From the NCBI RefSeq assembly GCF_026571515.1, contig NW_026865328.1:1-64000 (forward strand): a stretch of 64,000 nt of DNA, read 5' to 3'. The notes beneath the pieces are model-generated. The model was not told the DNA's origin. It searched no databases and was given only the letters and a program-made list of their open reading frames with translations. This DNA is from Ruditapes philippinarum (lineage: Eukaryota). Made by a program: the position numbers and the translations under genes. Position 1 is the first letter of the stretch. The number at the start of each line of letters is the position of its first letter. Below are positions 1 to 10,778 of this stretch, piece after piece.

Positions 1-300
1 ATTGTTATGAATTTTTTAAAAGAAGATTATTTAAAGTTTTTTTCTTCGGTTGCCATGGCAACCAGAGTTCTGCATGGAATTAAATTCTTTGAACCAATTT
101 TTAAAAGGTGACCACCAAAGGAACATTCCTGTGAAAGTTTGGAATGAAATTGGCTTAGTGGTTTATGAGGAGATGTCATTTAAAGTAAAAGTTTACGGAC
201 GGACGACGGACGACGGACGGACGGACGGACGACGGACGGACGCCGGACGAAAAGCGATCACAAAAGCTCACCCTGTCACTTTGTGACAGGTGAGCTAAAA
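1..300 (+). mobile_element. Right end of a non-autonomous Helentron/HINE-type element, truncated by the window edge
   Basis: Last monomer-like segment, then a (GGAC/GAC)n microsatellite at ~197-250, the terminal hairpin AGCTCACCCTGTCAC-TTT-GTGACAGGTGAGCT (265-296) and an A-run. This is the canonical HINE end architecture. Confidence 0.85.
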
Positions 301-844
301 ACATATCGTCATAAATCTTGACTAGCTGAGATCTAATCCTGTTAGGGGAGATCACTGCGTTGGAGCTTGATCTGGTATGTTGATATCGTGTCAGAATCGT
401 AATAATTAATTCAAACTTGACAAAATCACTGTTTGGTATATATTATTTCTTAATCATAGTTGCAATGGGTTGGGTTTCAATCTGAGGTGTCAAATCTGCC
501 ATTATGTAGTTTGTGTAGTAAAATAATATATTTTTAATGGATAATATGATGGCAGTGATGTCTTTGAGTTTACTACCAGGAAATTATTAGCGACTAAATA
601 ATTTATAGTTCACACTCAGAAAACATATTTAGGTAGATCTAGGAGGCAATTATCAACAGGGGGAAATATTGTAGAAGACTACTTTAAATCAGTTCTGTAA
701 AAAATTGATATTTATCGATAATTTTAGGTGGAAATGTTGTTTAAAGACATATATTGACGAAGAATGATAGGTAGCTAACAACTGACAGCTTGCAGTCACA
801 AAAGTTCATCTCTGAACAATATGAGCGTTAAACAATTGACTTAC

Positions 845-1064
845 CACCTCTTTGTTTGATATACTCCGGACATAACAGTGCAGTTTTCTCAAGCCGACTC
901 TCTATCTCTGTTGTGTCCTGTCCATTCTCTGCACAAACGATCAAGTCTAATAAGTCAGTCTGCCAGGTCTTTCTCAGACGCTCTTTAAAGTCTGTGTAAC
1001 CATTAGCACCTTTGGATATTACTTTTCTCAATATCATTTCATTCTTATCTGTTGGATCCTTACC
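845..1064 (-). CDS. Exon of a CARD (death-fold) domain gene, C-terminal half of the CARD
   Basis: Acceptor tgttacag|GGTAAG (AG at 1066-1065) and donor GGTG|gtaagt (GT at 844-843). 220 nt, phase 0 to phase 1. Encodes GKDPTDKNEMILRKVISKGANGYTDFKERLRKTWQTDLLDLI..., matching the CARD pattern K-x-x-LL-x-x-L-x-x-KG-x-x-AF-x-x-F-x-x-x-L-x-x-x-Q-x-x-L-x-x-LL. Downstream exon not resolved. Confidence 0.75.
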
Positions 1065-1331
1065 CTGTAACATTGTATTTTATCAATAAGATTCTACTTT
1101 ATTTAACCTTTATATAAACTTAATGTTCATTACATTTTTAACACGTTCGATAAGCAGTTATTTTTTGTTGCATTTGTAAGAATAAGATTAGCTTACCAAG
1201 TTGACTTTTGAAATAAATCATACAGAAATCTTAAGATATCCTTATAGAATATTTCAAATGTAAGTTACAAGCATTAAATAAGAGTATTCCTCAAATGCCT
1301 CAGTAATTATATTACAATCAACAATTCAAAT

Positions 1332-2751
1332 AACTAGAACTCCGCGAGTCGGATGTGTCGCCTTGTGAACAATGTAGTTTAGGAGAAATGGCCAGGACAA
1401 AAATGAAATATGAAAAATAACAAAGGGCAATAACTAAAAAAATAATAAGTGCAGAGCAGCAGTTTCTGTGCACTGCACTTCTTATCAATAAGATCTATCA
1501 TTCTATGATGTTTCAAGTCCATAGCTTTCATACTTGAGGAGAAATGACCAGAACAAAAATAAAGTATGAAAATCAACAAAGGGCAATAACTCAAAAAATG
1601 AGAAATGCAGAGTATCAGTTCTTATGCACTGCACATTTTCGTAATGAAATCTATCATCCTATGAAGTTTCAAGTCCATAACTTTTATACTTTCGGAGAAA
1701 TGGCCTGGACAAAAATTAAGTATGAAAATTAACAAAGGGCCATAACTAAAAAAATTAAGAAATGCAGAGTACCGATTCCTGTGCACTGGACTTCTTCTTA
1801 ATGAGATCTATCATCCTATGAAGTTTCAAGTCCATAGCTTTTATACTTAAGGAGAAATGGCTTAGACAAAATTAAAGTATGAAAATAAACAAAGGGCAAT
1901 AACTCAAAAAGTAAGAAATGCAGAGTATCTGTTCTTGTGCACTGCACTTTTTCTTAATAATGAGACCTATCATCCTATGAAGTTTCAAGTCCATGGCTTT
2001 TATACTTAAGGAGAAATGGCCTGGACAAAAATAAAGTATGAAAATTAACAAAGGGCCATAACTCAAAAAATAGGAAATGCAGAGTACTGATTCTTGTGCA
2101 CTGCACTTTTTCTTAATGAGATTTATCATCCTATGAAGTTTCAAGTCCATAGCTTTTATACTTAAGGAGAAATGGCCCAGACAAAATTAAAGTATGAAAA
2201 TAAACAAAGGGCAATAACTCAAAAAAAAAAAGAAATGCAGAGTACCTGTTCTTGTGCACTGCACTTTTTCTTAATGAGACCTATTATCCTATGAAGTTTC
2301 AAGTCCATGGCTTTTATACATAAGGAGAAATGGCCCGGACAAAAATAAAGTATGAAAATTAACAAAGGGCAATGACTCAAAAATTAGGAAGTGCAGAGTA
2401 CCGGTTCTTATGCACTGCACTTCATTTTAATGAGATCTATTATCCTATGAAGTTTCAAGTCCATAGCTTTTTTAGTTGAAGAGAAATAGCCCGGAAAAAA
2501 TTAAAGTATGAAAATTAACAAAAGGCAATAACTAAAAAAATAAGAACTGCAGAGTACCGGTCCTTGTGCACTGCACTTCGGGTTATTGAAAGAAGCATGC
2601 ATACCAAGTTTGAAGTCAATCAGACTTATAGTTACTGAGTTATGATCCGGACAAGCTTAAGGGGACGCCGACGCCGACAATGACACAGACGCCGCCGAAG
2701 CCGCCGACAAAAGTAACCCCTTTATGTCACCTTTTCAAGGCGACACAAAAA
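1332..2751 (+). mobile_element. Complete HINE (non-autonomous Helentron) with an internal ~157-bp tandem array, inside the CARD gene intron
   Basis: Starts AACTAG. Subterminal IR TGTGTCGCCTT (~1354) matches AAGGCGACACA at the 3' end. About 8 monomers (GGAGAAATGGCC-type motif at ~1382, 1538, 1693, 1851, 2009, 2166, 2324, 2480), a (GACGCC)n tract, and terminal hairpin TGTCACCTT-TTC-AAGGCGACA plus A-run. Confidence 0.88.
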
Positions 2752-2838
2752 CTCACCATGTCACACATGTCATCAAATACTGACAATTGAATAATGTAAT
2801 CTAAATTGTACTGGCCTTTAAACTATTTTATATCGTAC

Positions 2839-2996
2839 CTGGATATTCTTTCTGTCTGCGACGGTAAGTAATTCAAAGCCTGTCTCACAATCAATTATAG
2901 GATCTGGATGCAAATACTTCTTAAGTGCGACGAAATTCTTAACTATGGCTTTTCGGCAAATCTCAATATCAGAAGACCTTGTCATCTCCAGTTCTT
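2839..2996 (-). CDS. Exon of the same CARD gene, N-terminal half of the CARD (possible ATG at 2985)
   Basis: Acceptor ctgtattttaag| and phase-0 donor CCAG|gtacga (GT at 2838-2837), in frame with the 1064 exon. Manual translation MTRSSDIEICRKAIVKNFVALKKYLHPDPIIDCETGFELLTVADRKNIQ fits CARD helices 1-3. Too short for the ORF track. Confidence 0.72.
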
Positions 2997-3249
2997 CTTA
3001 AAATACAGATTCATTATGTATTATTGATTAATTATCCCTTTAAAGATGATTCGAGATACATTACAAAATATATTATTATCTTGAAAATATTTCATCCATA
3101 TCAGACTTCCCTTCGTTATGTAATGTACCTTTGCCGTAGAATGCGGAGCCAGAAAAGCTTTAGTGTTTGCTTTTTACTTAGCAGCATGATTTCTATCATT
3201 TTAACAACACTGACAAAATGTGTAAATTATTATTGTGCAAGATCGATAA

Positions 3250-3883
3250 TTGAAATTGAGCATGTTATCGCATGCTGAAATAGCTAGTGTACACCGACCC
3301 GCATGACCAGTAGTTATGTGGGTTGAGCACATAAATATGGTGGCTTACATCAAAATGTGTCTGAGCATTCCGCAATGGTATCGTTTATCTTTGTTTTTCA
3401 TGAGGTTATTACTTAATGACCTCCGTTTTTCATTGGTTTATCACATGTTTTGTCCCTTTTGTCGTTGTGTGGTATGTCGCTATAGTTATATCTATCCAAC
3501 AATGTGGCCATGACCACAAAATGAATAAATGTATTCCTTTCTTTTACATTTTCAGGAACAATCTCCCTGAGCATAGATATGACATTAAGTATCTGTTGTT
3601 TCTTACCTTGTGTTCATTTACCAATGGAATGTTCTGCTCAAACACTGCGGTGGTATCGGATATTACATGCGGAGGTGTAAGGCGCCCTAGTCGGAAGTCG
3701 TAGGTGGGTCTAGACGATGAGGTAGCCACAGAAGATGACCTACATTGCCGCTTGGTTTCCCTTTGAAGTACGGGTGCCCTATGAAGTGGTGTTGCTTGTG
3801 GCTGTCTTTCCGTAGCGCTGTTTTGTCAAGGTTCTCAAGTCGGACAGGCGGTTTCCTCTCTCTTGTCGAGCGTCTCGTTTTGT
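3250..3883 (-). pseudogene. Copy A of the small basic NLS/CaaX gene family (pseudogene)
   Basis: Homologous acceptor gttag|ACAAAACGAGA, with the ATG changed to ACG (3878-3876). Encodes RRSTRERKPPVRL, with an in-frame TAG at 3689-3687 and a frameshift before donor AAG|gtaaga (3606). Homologous terminal-exon acceptor tagctatttcag| at 3275. Confidence 0.6.
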
Positions 3884-4824
3884 CTAACATATAATTTAAA
3901 CAAATTTAAAGAAATGAGCGTTTTTAAAATCATTCTTGTCTACTATACTTTACAAGTGTTTTAAATCATTTTATTTTCTACTATTTAGAATAATATTATA
4001 ATGAATATAGGCGCACTTTACCGACAATTTACATTTTATCACTACATTTTCAAATAAATTGGACCTTCTGACTTCTCCCATAATTCATTTACATATTTAT
4101 TTATTTATTCAAATGCTTGAAAGACATATTACTTATGTCGTTATTTAACAGTACATTATTATTAGCTCTACACTCGATTGTCTACAGTTTAGATTGGAGA
4201 TGTACCAAAACGTCCCATCAGACAACAGGCCCCGTTCAAGATACAGTCCATAGCACGTACTTAATTCTGTGTATTCCAAAGCCACAACGGTTTTTCTTAT
4301 AATATAAACAAGTAAAAGTCCGATAAAAAATGAGTCTTCAGTCCAAAAGGTATTGGCTCTTAAGTTACTGACAATTTATGTTAATAGACAGATTTACTGA
4401 CATTTTTCAGTCCGAATACTTTGGACCATATTGTAAAAAACGTTTTGACCCGTTTTGTGACACTTATGACCATGATATAGCCAATGCGGACACGATTGTT
4501 GGAATAATAGGACAACTTCGTTACACATTTTTATTACTAGTGATGGTACTGTTTGCTCGTCTTGGAAAATTAGTATTCAATTTCTTAAAGATAATTCTAA
4601 AAAATCCTTATTTCCTAGTGTAGTATATTCAAGTTGCACAAAGTACAATATTATCATTAAAGGAAACGCTTTTTCTAGTTGTGTACATAACATTTTTCTT
4701 ACCATGCCATTGACATAAAATGCAAATAGTATTTTACTATGTTTACCGTGATTGTATATGCATTGTAAAGGTGGAAATAAATTGCAGACCAGGTAAGAAT
4801 GTTATGTTTATTGGATAATTGAAA

Positions 4825-4844
4825 TCATAGTATTTTACCGCATC
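4825..4844 (-). CDS. Copy B terminal exon (GCGKIL*), CaaX cysteine lost
   Basis: Acceptor tagctatttcag|GA TGC GGT AAA ATA CTA TGA, with AATAAA 12 nt after the stop (plus-strand tttatt 4807-4812). Phase matches the 5135 donor; predicted 112 aa protein. Confidence 0.6.
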
Positions 4845-5134
4845 CTGAAATAGCTATAGTGCGCCGGCCCAAATTGTCAGTGGTTCTGTGTGTTGAGCAA
4901 CAATTTTTCAATAGTATCGTTTTTCTTTGTATACGATGGGTTAATAACCTTTTTACCCTCTCCCTTAATGACAATCTGTGCCCCCCTTTCGTTATGTGGC
5001 ATGACGCCTTTGGTAAATTAGTCAACACGGTGGCCATGTCCACAAATTGACTTTATAAATTTCATTTTTATTTAGATTTTCTGGGACGCACTTTCCGAGC
5101 ATAATAAAGATACAAATAAATAGTTGTCTTTTAC

Positions 5135-5453
5135 CGTGTCGATTTGTCAACTTGATAACTTGCTCCAAACACTGCTGCGCCATGTCCGCTCGTGGTGGTA
5201 TGGCTGCTACAGGCGATGGTGTACTTGCCCTTGCTGGTATTGTAGGTGCCCTTGACGTAGACGTATGTGAATTAGGCGATACTGTAGCCGAAGAATGTAA
5301 CCCATGTTGTTGTGTAGGTCCCCTAGGCGGTATAAGTACTTTATTAGCTGCCGGGGGTTGTGATTTCTTTTGTGGCTGCCTTTTTCGTGGCGGCGGTTCG
5401 TCATCGTCTTCATGTCTGGCAGGCGGATTCCTTTTTCTAGTCGAGTGTCTCAT
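5135..5453 (-). CDS. Copy B, main coding exon: basic Pro/Ser/Thr-rich protein with NLS-like motifs
   Basis: Acceptor tttttag|AAAAAATG just upstream. ORF MRHSTRKRNPPARHEDDDEPPPRKRQ...LTNRH, then phase-1 donor CACG|gtaaaa at 5134. GC-richer than the flanks. Confidence 0.65.
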
Positions 5454-5632
5454 TTTTTCTAAAAATAAAAAATCATGCGTTTTATAATTATGCTTTTTTA
5501 CTATTCAGGATAATGAAGAAATGATAAGTTGACTAAATGGGGTAGTAATGGTTAATGGTGTATTTAAATATCGCTACAAGAAAAACATTATATCGGAAAG
5601 CTACATCATTCCCAATCAATCAATTCGTTATA

Positions 5633-6593
5633 CGAGGGTTGTTCGGAAAGTTTTGAGACTGGGTCAATATTTAGCGTTGAAAAAGATAAAATCAAACAAG
5701 AGTTTACTATGTATTACTTTAATACCTCATCTATTATAGTGTAAAATTTCATAACAATAGCTTCATGTATACAAAAGCTACAATGCGTTAGGCACATACA
5801 CTACCGGTGACCCGGCGCACGCAACGACGTTATCCGACGTTGCCGTTATTTCCAGAGTTTAACGTCACCGTAGAAATTCAAGTGCTACTCCTTTTCAAAG
5901 TATCTTCCTTCACAACGTACACATTTCTCATGCCTCGTAACCCACTTGGCGAATACATTTCTATACCAGTCAGATTTAAATGTTGCAATAATGCTCATAA
6001 CTCTAGAGCGCAGTTCAACTAGGTCCTCAAACCGGATTCCTCGTAGTTCGGATTTGATGGCCGGAAAAACGGAAAAGTCCATTGGGGCGACCGCTCCTTT
6101 CCTTGTCTTTTGTTGACTTTCTGCCATCCCGAAACTCTTTATGCCATCTAAATACCAATGGTCGACTAGCAGTACGTCCGTTGTTTGCCTGTTCTAGAAG
6201 TTGCTTAGTTTCTGTTGGCGTTTTCCAAAGATTAACGCAAAACTTAATAAAACACGCTGTTCCTCTTTTGACGGTGTTTCCATAGTCGTTGTCTTGTCGC
6301 GCACGTATTGCTATAATGATCTGCGGTAACGGCTTAAACAACTCGCGGAAATGACGTCCTTAAGTTGGAAGTGACGTCATAAAATTGTCGTGACGTTTGA
6401 CGCAATTTTAGGGGCTCTTTTTATTCAGTAAGAAAACTTATAACAAGAAAATAGTCCGTGCGCCAGGATGCGTAGACAGGTGTTGCTATGGAAACGATTA
6501 TATGCCGTATAGTAACGTTACAACGTTTTAAAGACATAACTCGGATAAATAACATATTAAGCTATAATTTGTATTAAATAATATTCGCAGCTG
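5633..6593 (-). mobile_element. Internally deleted mariner (Tc1/mariner) DNA transposon, TA target-site duplication
   Basis: TA at 5631-32 and 6594-95. The paralogous empty site ttcgttata|tgcctt at ~10941-10955 fixes both boundaries. Left end CGAGGGTTGTTCGGAAAG is mariner-like, and transposase remnants lie inside. Confidence 0.85.
5885..6283 (-). pseudogene. Mariner transposase remnant: N-terminal HTH joined to the C-terminus, most of the catalytic core deleted
   Basis: METPSKEEQRV/(frameshift)/IKFCVNLWKTPTET...VFRWHKEFRDGRKSTKDKERSGRP is the mariner HTH. It is followed directly by APMDFSVFPAIKSELRGIRF...KWVTRHEKCVRCEGRYFEKE*, the YSPDLAPxDF-to-end region. Confidence 0.88.
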
Positions 6594-7014
6594 TATGCCT
6601 TTAAGATATTATACTGTATATGAAAAACATCTACATGCCAAACATTTAAATAGTCATATTGTTTGCGCAACTACGAGTAATGCATTACCGTTTAACATTT
6701 TTCAGACACATGTTTTAAATCATATTCTTTTCATCTGAAATCATGTATGTATTTCAATTAAGATTAGCAACTTAACGACAAACGACGGACACGCTGACAT
6801 CAAAGAACTCACCTAAGCTCAGGTTAGCTAAAGATAAGATTCCTATTAACATGAATTAATTTGGCCAACCACGGAAACTTGTTGCTTAACACATGACAGG
6901 TTTTTATATCAAATATTTATGTAACATATTAAGCTCTGTTTTTATGACATAAAGACAAATTGGAAAAATATGCATAGAAAGCCTAAAAAACATGACATGA
7001 TTGTTATTTTGTAG

Positions 7015-7193
7015 TTGGTCTAGACGATGAGGTGACCACAGAAGGTGACATAGATTGCCGCTTGGTTCCCTTTGAAATACAGGTGCCCTATAAGGTGGTG
7101 ATGCTTGTCGTTGTCTTTTTAGTAGCGTCGTTTTGTCATGGTTCTCAGGTCTGACAGGATGTTTCCTCTTTCAAGTCAAGCGTCCCATTTTGT
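7015..7193 (-). pseudogene. Copy D of the small basic gene family (truncated pseudogene, paralog of copy A)
   Basis: Acceptor gttag|ACAAA ATG GGA CGC TTG ACT TGA, a premature stop at codon 6. Aligns with 3705-3883 and is cut off at the duplication breakpoint ~7015. Confidence 0.55.
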
Positions 7194-8124
7194 CTAACAT
7201 ATAATATAAACAATTTTAAAAATTGAGCATTTTAAAATCATTTTGTTCACTTCACTATACTAGTGTTTTTCAATACTATTAGGTATAATATTTTAATGAA
7301 TATAGGCGCATTTACCAACAATTTATATTTTGTCAGAAAGCTACATTTTTCCCAATCAATCGATTTGACCTTCCGATTTCTCGCATAATTCATATAATTA
7401 TACATTTATTTATTCAAAAACTTGAAAGACATTTCACTTCTGTTGTTATTTAGTAGTACACTATTATAAGATTTACACTTGATTGACTGAGGTTTAGATA
7501 AAAGATGTACCAGTACGTCCAGTCAGACAACAGTCCCTGTTCAACATACAGGCCACAGCCCATACTTTATTCTGTGTATTCCAAAGCCACAACGGTTTTT
7601 CTAAAACTTTAAACAAGTAAATGTCCAATAAAAAAATAAGACTTCAGTCCAAAAGGCATTGGCCATTTAATTATAACTTAGTTACTGATTATTTATGTTC
7701 ATGGACAGATTTATTGGAGCGCACTCCGAATTTCGGAGTGCAAATGTCAATAAATCGGAATACTTCTGACCAAATTGTAAGAAACTTTTTGACCTGCGAA
7801 CGCGCTTTTTGTAATTTTAGCACAATTTTGTTACATGTTTTTAATACTAGTTGTGGTATTGTTGACTCGTCTTGGAATATTAGTATGAATTTTTTTTAAA
7901 GATAATTTAAAAAAACTTGTTTTACCCTAATGTTTGATATTGAAATTGCACATAGTCTATTTGCAAAGGAATACGCTTTTTCAAGTTGTGTACATATTAC
8001 ATAACATTTTTTCTTACCATGCCATTGAAATAAAATGCAAATAGTATGTTACAATGTTTACCGTGATTGTATATTGATTTAAAGTAGGGAATCAACAAAT
8101 GATATGTTTATTCGATAATTGAAA

Positions 8125-8144
8125 TCATAGTATTCCACAGCATC
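8125..8144 (-). CDS. Copy C terminal exon encoding GCCGIL* (CaaX box)
   Basis: Acceptor tagctatttcag|GA TGC TGT GGA ATA CTA TGA, with AATAAA at 8112-8107. In phase with the 10397 donor. Confidence 0.62.
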
Positions 8145-8332
8145 CTGAAATAGCTAGTGTTTACCGGCTAAAACTGTCAGTGGTTCTGTGTGTTGAGCGA
8201 AGATATTCTTCAATTGTATCGCTTTTCTTTGTATTTGATCGGTTAATGACCTTTTTACCCTCTCCCTTTATGACAATTAAGGCCCCCACCCTCTCTTTAT
8301 GTTGAATGACGCTATTGCTATAACTAGTCAAC

Positions 8333-10282
8333 TATGGAGGGCGTTTGTTGCCAAAATTCCAGAGATGTAATTTGTTCCTTTTGAAAAAGACTTTTGAAAA
8401 GCTGCATGTCTAGCATTTTTGATTGTATTCGTGCACAGTAAATAATATACCTCTTAATTGAAAGCACCCGCTTTTAATTAACAAGTTTGCCTGCAAATCC
8501 TAACAACAGACTTAATATGAAAAACAAATTGACAAGCTCGTATCTTCCATTGCATATACTACATAAGCATGTAACCTGGAATATACAAATGAAATGTAAA
8601 ACTCAAATACAGAAAAATGAGTTAAAGAAAACGTGTTTCCTGTTGTAGAAATACAAGAGTACGTGAACACAGTAACATGTTTAAAATGACAAAAGTAGAT
8701 TCACCAAGTTAAACGATTTTAAGTCATGCATGACGCCCCGCCCCTCTTTGAGTATTTACGAACTTCTATTACCGAAATGTAGGGACAGGTATAATACCCG
8801 TCGCCTCTCTCCTTTTTTTCAATAAGGTGAAGGAAAACACGGCGTCCCTTCTAGCTTATTTTATATAAAAAGTCATATATTTTTGGTATCAAATGAAAGA
8901 TTACTCCATATTACTCAGAAATGAAAATGAATTAAATAGATGTATTAAAATTTTCGTTACAAAATTTATCATTTTTTCCTCTGAAAATCACACTCTCAAA
9001 TTCAGTAAGAAAAACACAGCGTCCCCTCGAAACTTCTCTTTTATTTTGTAATCAATTTTGATAACTTTGACTCGAAAAAAAGTCTGCTTCATAAGTTTTA
9101 TAGTACATAAGTATTTCATGCCTAAACTTAAAAATGAATTAAGGAGAAATATTAAAATTTTCGTTTCAAAGTTTATCATGTTACTTTCTGTAAACCAAAC
9201 TCTGAAATTTAGTAAGAAAAACACGGCGCCCTAACTTACATTTTTATTCCTTGATCAATTTTTAGAGTCAAATATAAGAATTCTTTATGATCTTTCTAGT
9301 GATACCTTAAAAATATTTTTTTAAATAAAAAAAAAAATGTAGAAGTATTAAAAATTTTGTTTCAAAGTTATCGTTTTTTGTTTGTTTTTTGTTGTTTTTT
9401 TTTCTCTCTTAAAACACACTCATACATTCGGCAAATAAATCACATAGCTCCCTTAAATCGATGGCCACTTGCATAGTTGTGTTGAAAATTTTTCAATGAA
9501 ATCAATACAAATAATGGATGGGTTTTAGATTATGAATAAATTTACTCGCTTGAAGTTGGTCATTTGTCCCCTAAAAATTTCCAAATCGCCGATGTTTCTC
9601 AGGAAAACACGAGGTTAAATAATAAGTTAGTGCATAAGTAATCTTAATCATTTTGTATCAAATAAATGAAAAATCGGCAATTTTCAACTGATGTAGCTAA
9701 TGATAAAACTTTTGTTACAAATGTAACAAGATTATGTTAGGAATAATGCGGCATGATTTCCCTCAGTTTTATTTAGAAATACGGCAGAAATGCCGGGTTT
9801 TATACCTGTTCGCAATAGAAGTTCGTAAATACTCAGAGAGGGGCGGGACGTCATACATGACTTAAATCGTTTAACTTTGTGAATCTACTTTTGTCATCGT
9901 TAACACACTGATGTAGTTCTACAACTGGAAACACGTTTTCTTAAACTCCATTTTCTGTATTTGAGTTTTACATTTCATTTGTATATTTCAGGTACAGATA
10001 GATATGTATAAGTGTGCAAACATGCATATTTATTGCATGCAATGGAATATACGAGTTTGTAAATATGTTGTCGTTTTCCATGTAAGGTAAGTTGTTACGA
10101 CCTATATGTAAACTTGTTATATAACGGCGGGAATCTTCAATTAAAACATTGAATTAAGAGGCATAATATGAGCTATGCAAGGGTACAATAAAAATGGCAG
10201 GCATAAATTTTCGCATTTTCAAAGTATTTTTTAAAAGGAACACTTTACATGTCTGGAATTTTGGCAACGAGCGCCCTCCATA
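8333..10282. mobile_element. Non-autonomous DNA transposon, IS3EU-type (TAYGG termini, 6-bp TSD), in the intron of copy C
   Basis: Ends TATGGAGGGCGTTTGTTGCCAAAATTCCAGA and TCTGGAATTTTGGCAACGAGCGCCCTCCATA. TSD GTCAAC (8327-32 and 10283-88), with the empty site at ~5021. Imperfect inverted arms of ~450 bp and internal ~180-200 bp subrepeats (AAAACACGGCG). Confidence 0.8.
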
Positions 10283-10396
10283 GTCAACCAGGTGGCCATG
10301 TCCGCAAATTTATTCTGTATATTCCTTTTACTATTTAGATGTTCAGGGACGCACTAACCGAGCATAATTTAGACACAAAATGTGGTTGTCTCTAAC

Positions 10397-10778
10397 CTTG
10401 TCGATTTGTCAACTTGATGTCTTGCTCCAAACACTGCCGCGCCATGTCCGCTTGTGGTAGTATGGCTATTACAGGCGATGATGTACTTGCCCTTGCTGGT
10501 AGTGTAGGAGCCCTTGACGTGGACGTATGTGAATTAGGCGATAATGTACTTGCCCTTGCTGGTAGTGTAGGTGCCCTTGACGTGGACGTTATTGAATTAG
10601 GCGATACTGTAGCCGAAGAATGTAACATATGTTGCTGTGTAGGTCCCCTATGCGGTATATGTACCTTATGAGCTGTCGGGGGTTGTGATTTCTTTTGTAG
10701 CTGCCTTTTTCGTGGCGGCGGTTCGTCATCGTCTTCATGTCTGGCAGGCGGATTCCTTTTTCGAGTCGAGCGTCTCAT
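10397..10778 (-). CDS. Copy C main coding exon; intact gene predicts a 133-aa basic disordered protein ending in CaaX
   Basis: Acceptor tttttag| at 10785, ATG at 10778, and phase-1 donor CAAG|gttaga at 10396. Carries an in-frame 63-nt internal duplication relative to copy B, preserving phase. Confidence 0.65.

Noticed and set aside
1379-2150. Short ORFs in HINE arrays (also 15604-16364 and 27926-28120)
   Set aside because: Translations of satellite monomers inside non-autonomous elements.
3201-3274. Copy A terminal exon reading to ...FCQCC* (Rab-like CC tail)
   Set aside because: Copy A lacks its start codon, has an internal stop, and its donor phase does not match this frame. Probably coincidental.
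3850-3880. RRSTRERKPP motif as an LTR-retrotransposon integrase C-terminus
   Set aside because: Similar basic motifs occur there, but here the motif follows a splice acceptor and start position, with no integrase, RT or LTR nearby.
5152-5487. Plus-strand Gly/Cys/Ala-rich ORFs (also 10414-10671)
   Set aside because: Antisense shadows of the minus-strand exon, which holds the splice sites, ATG and polyA signal.
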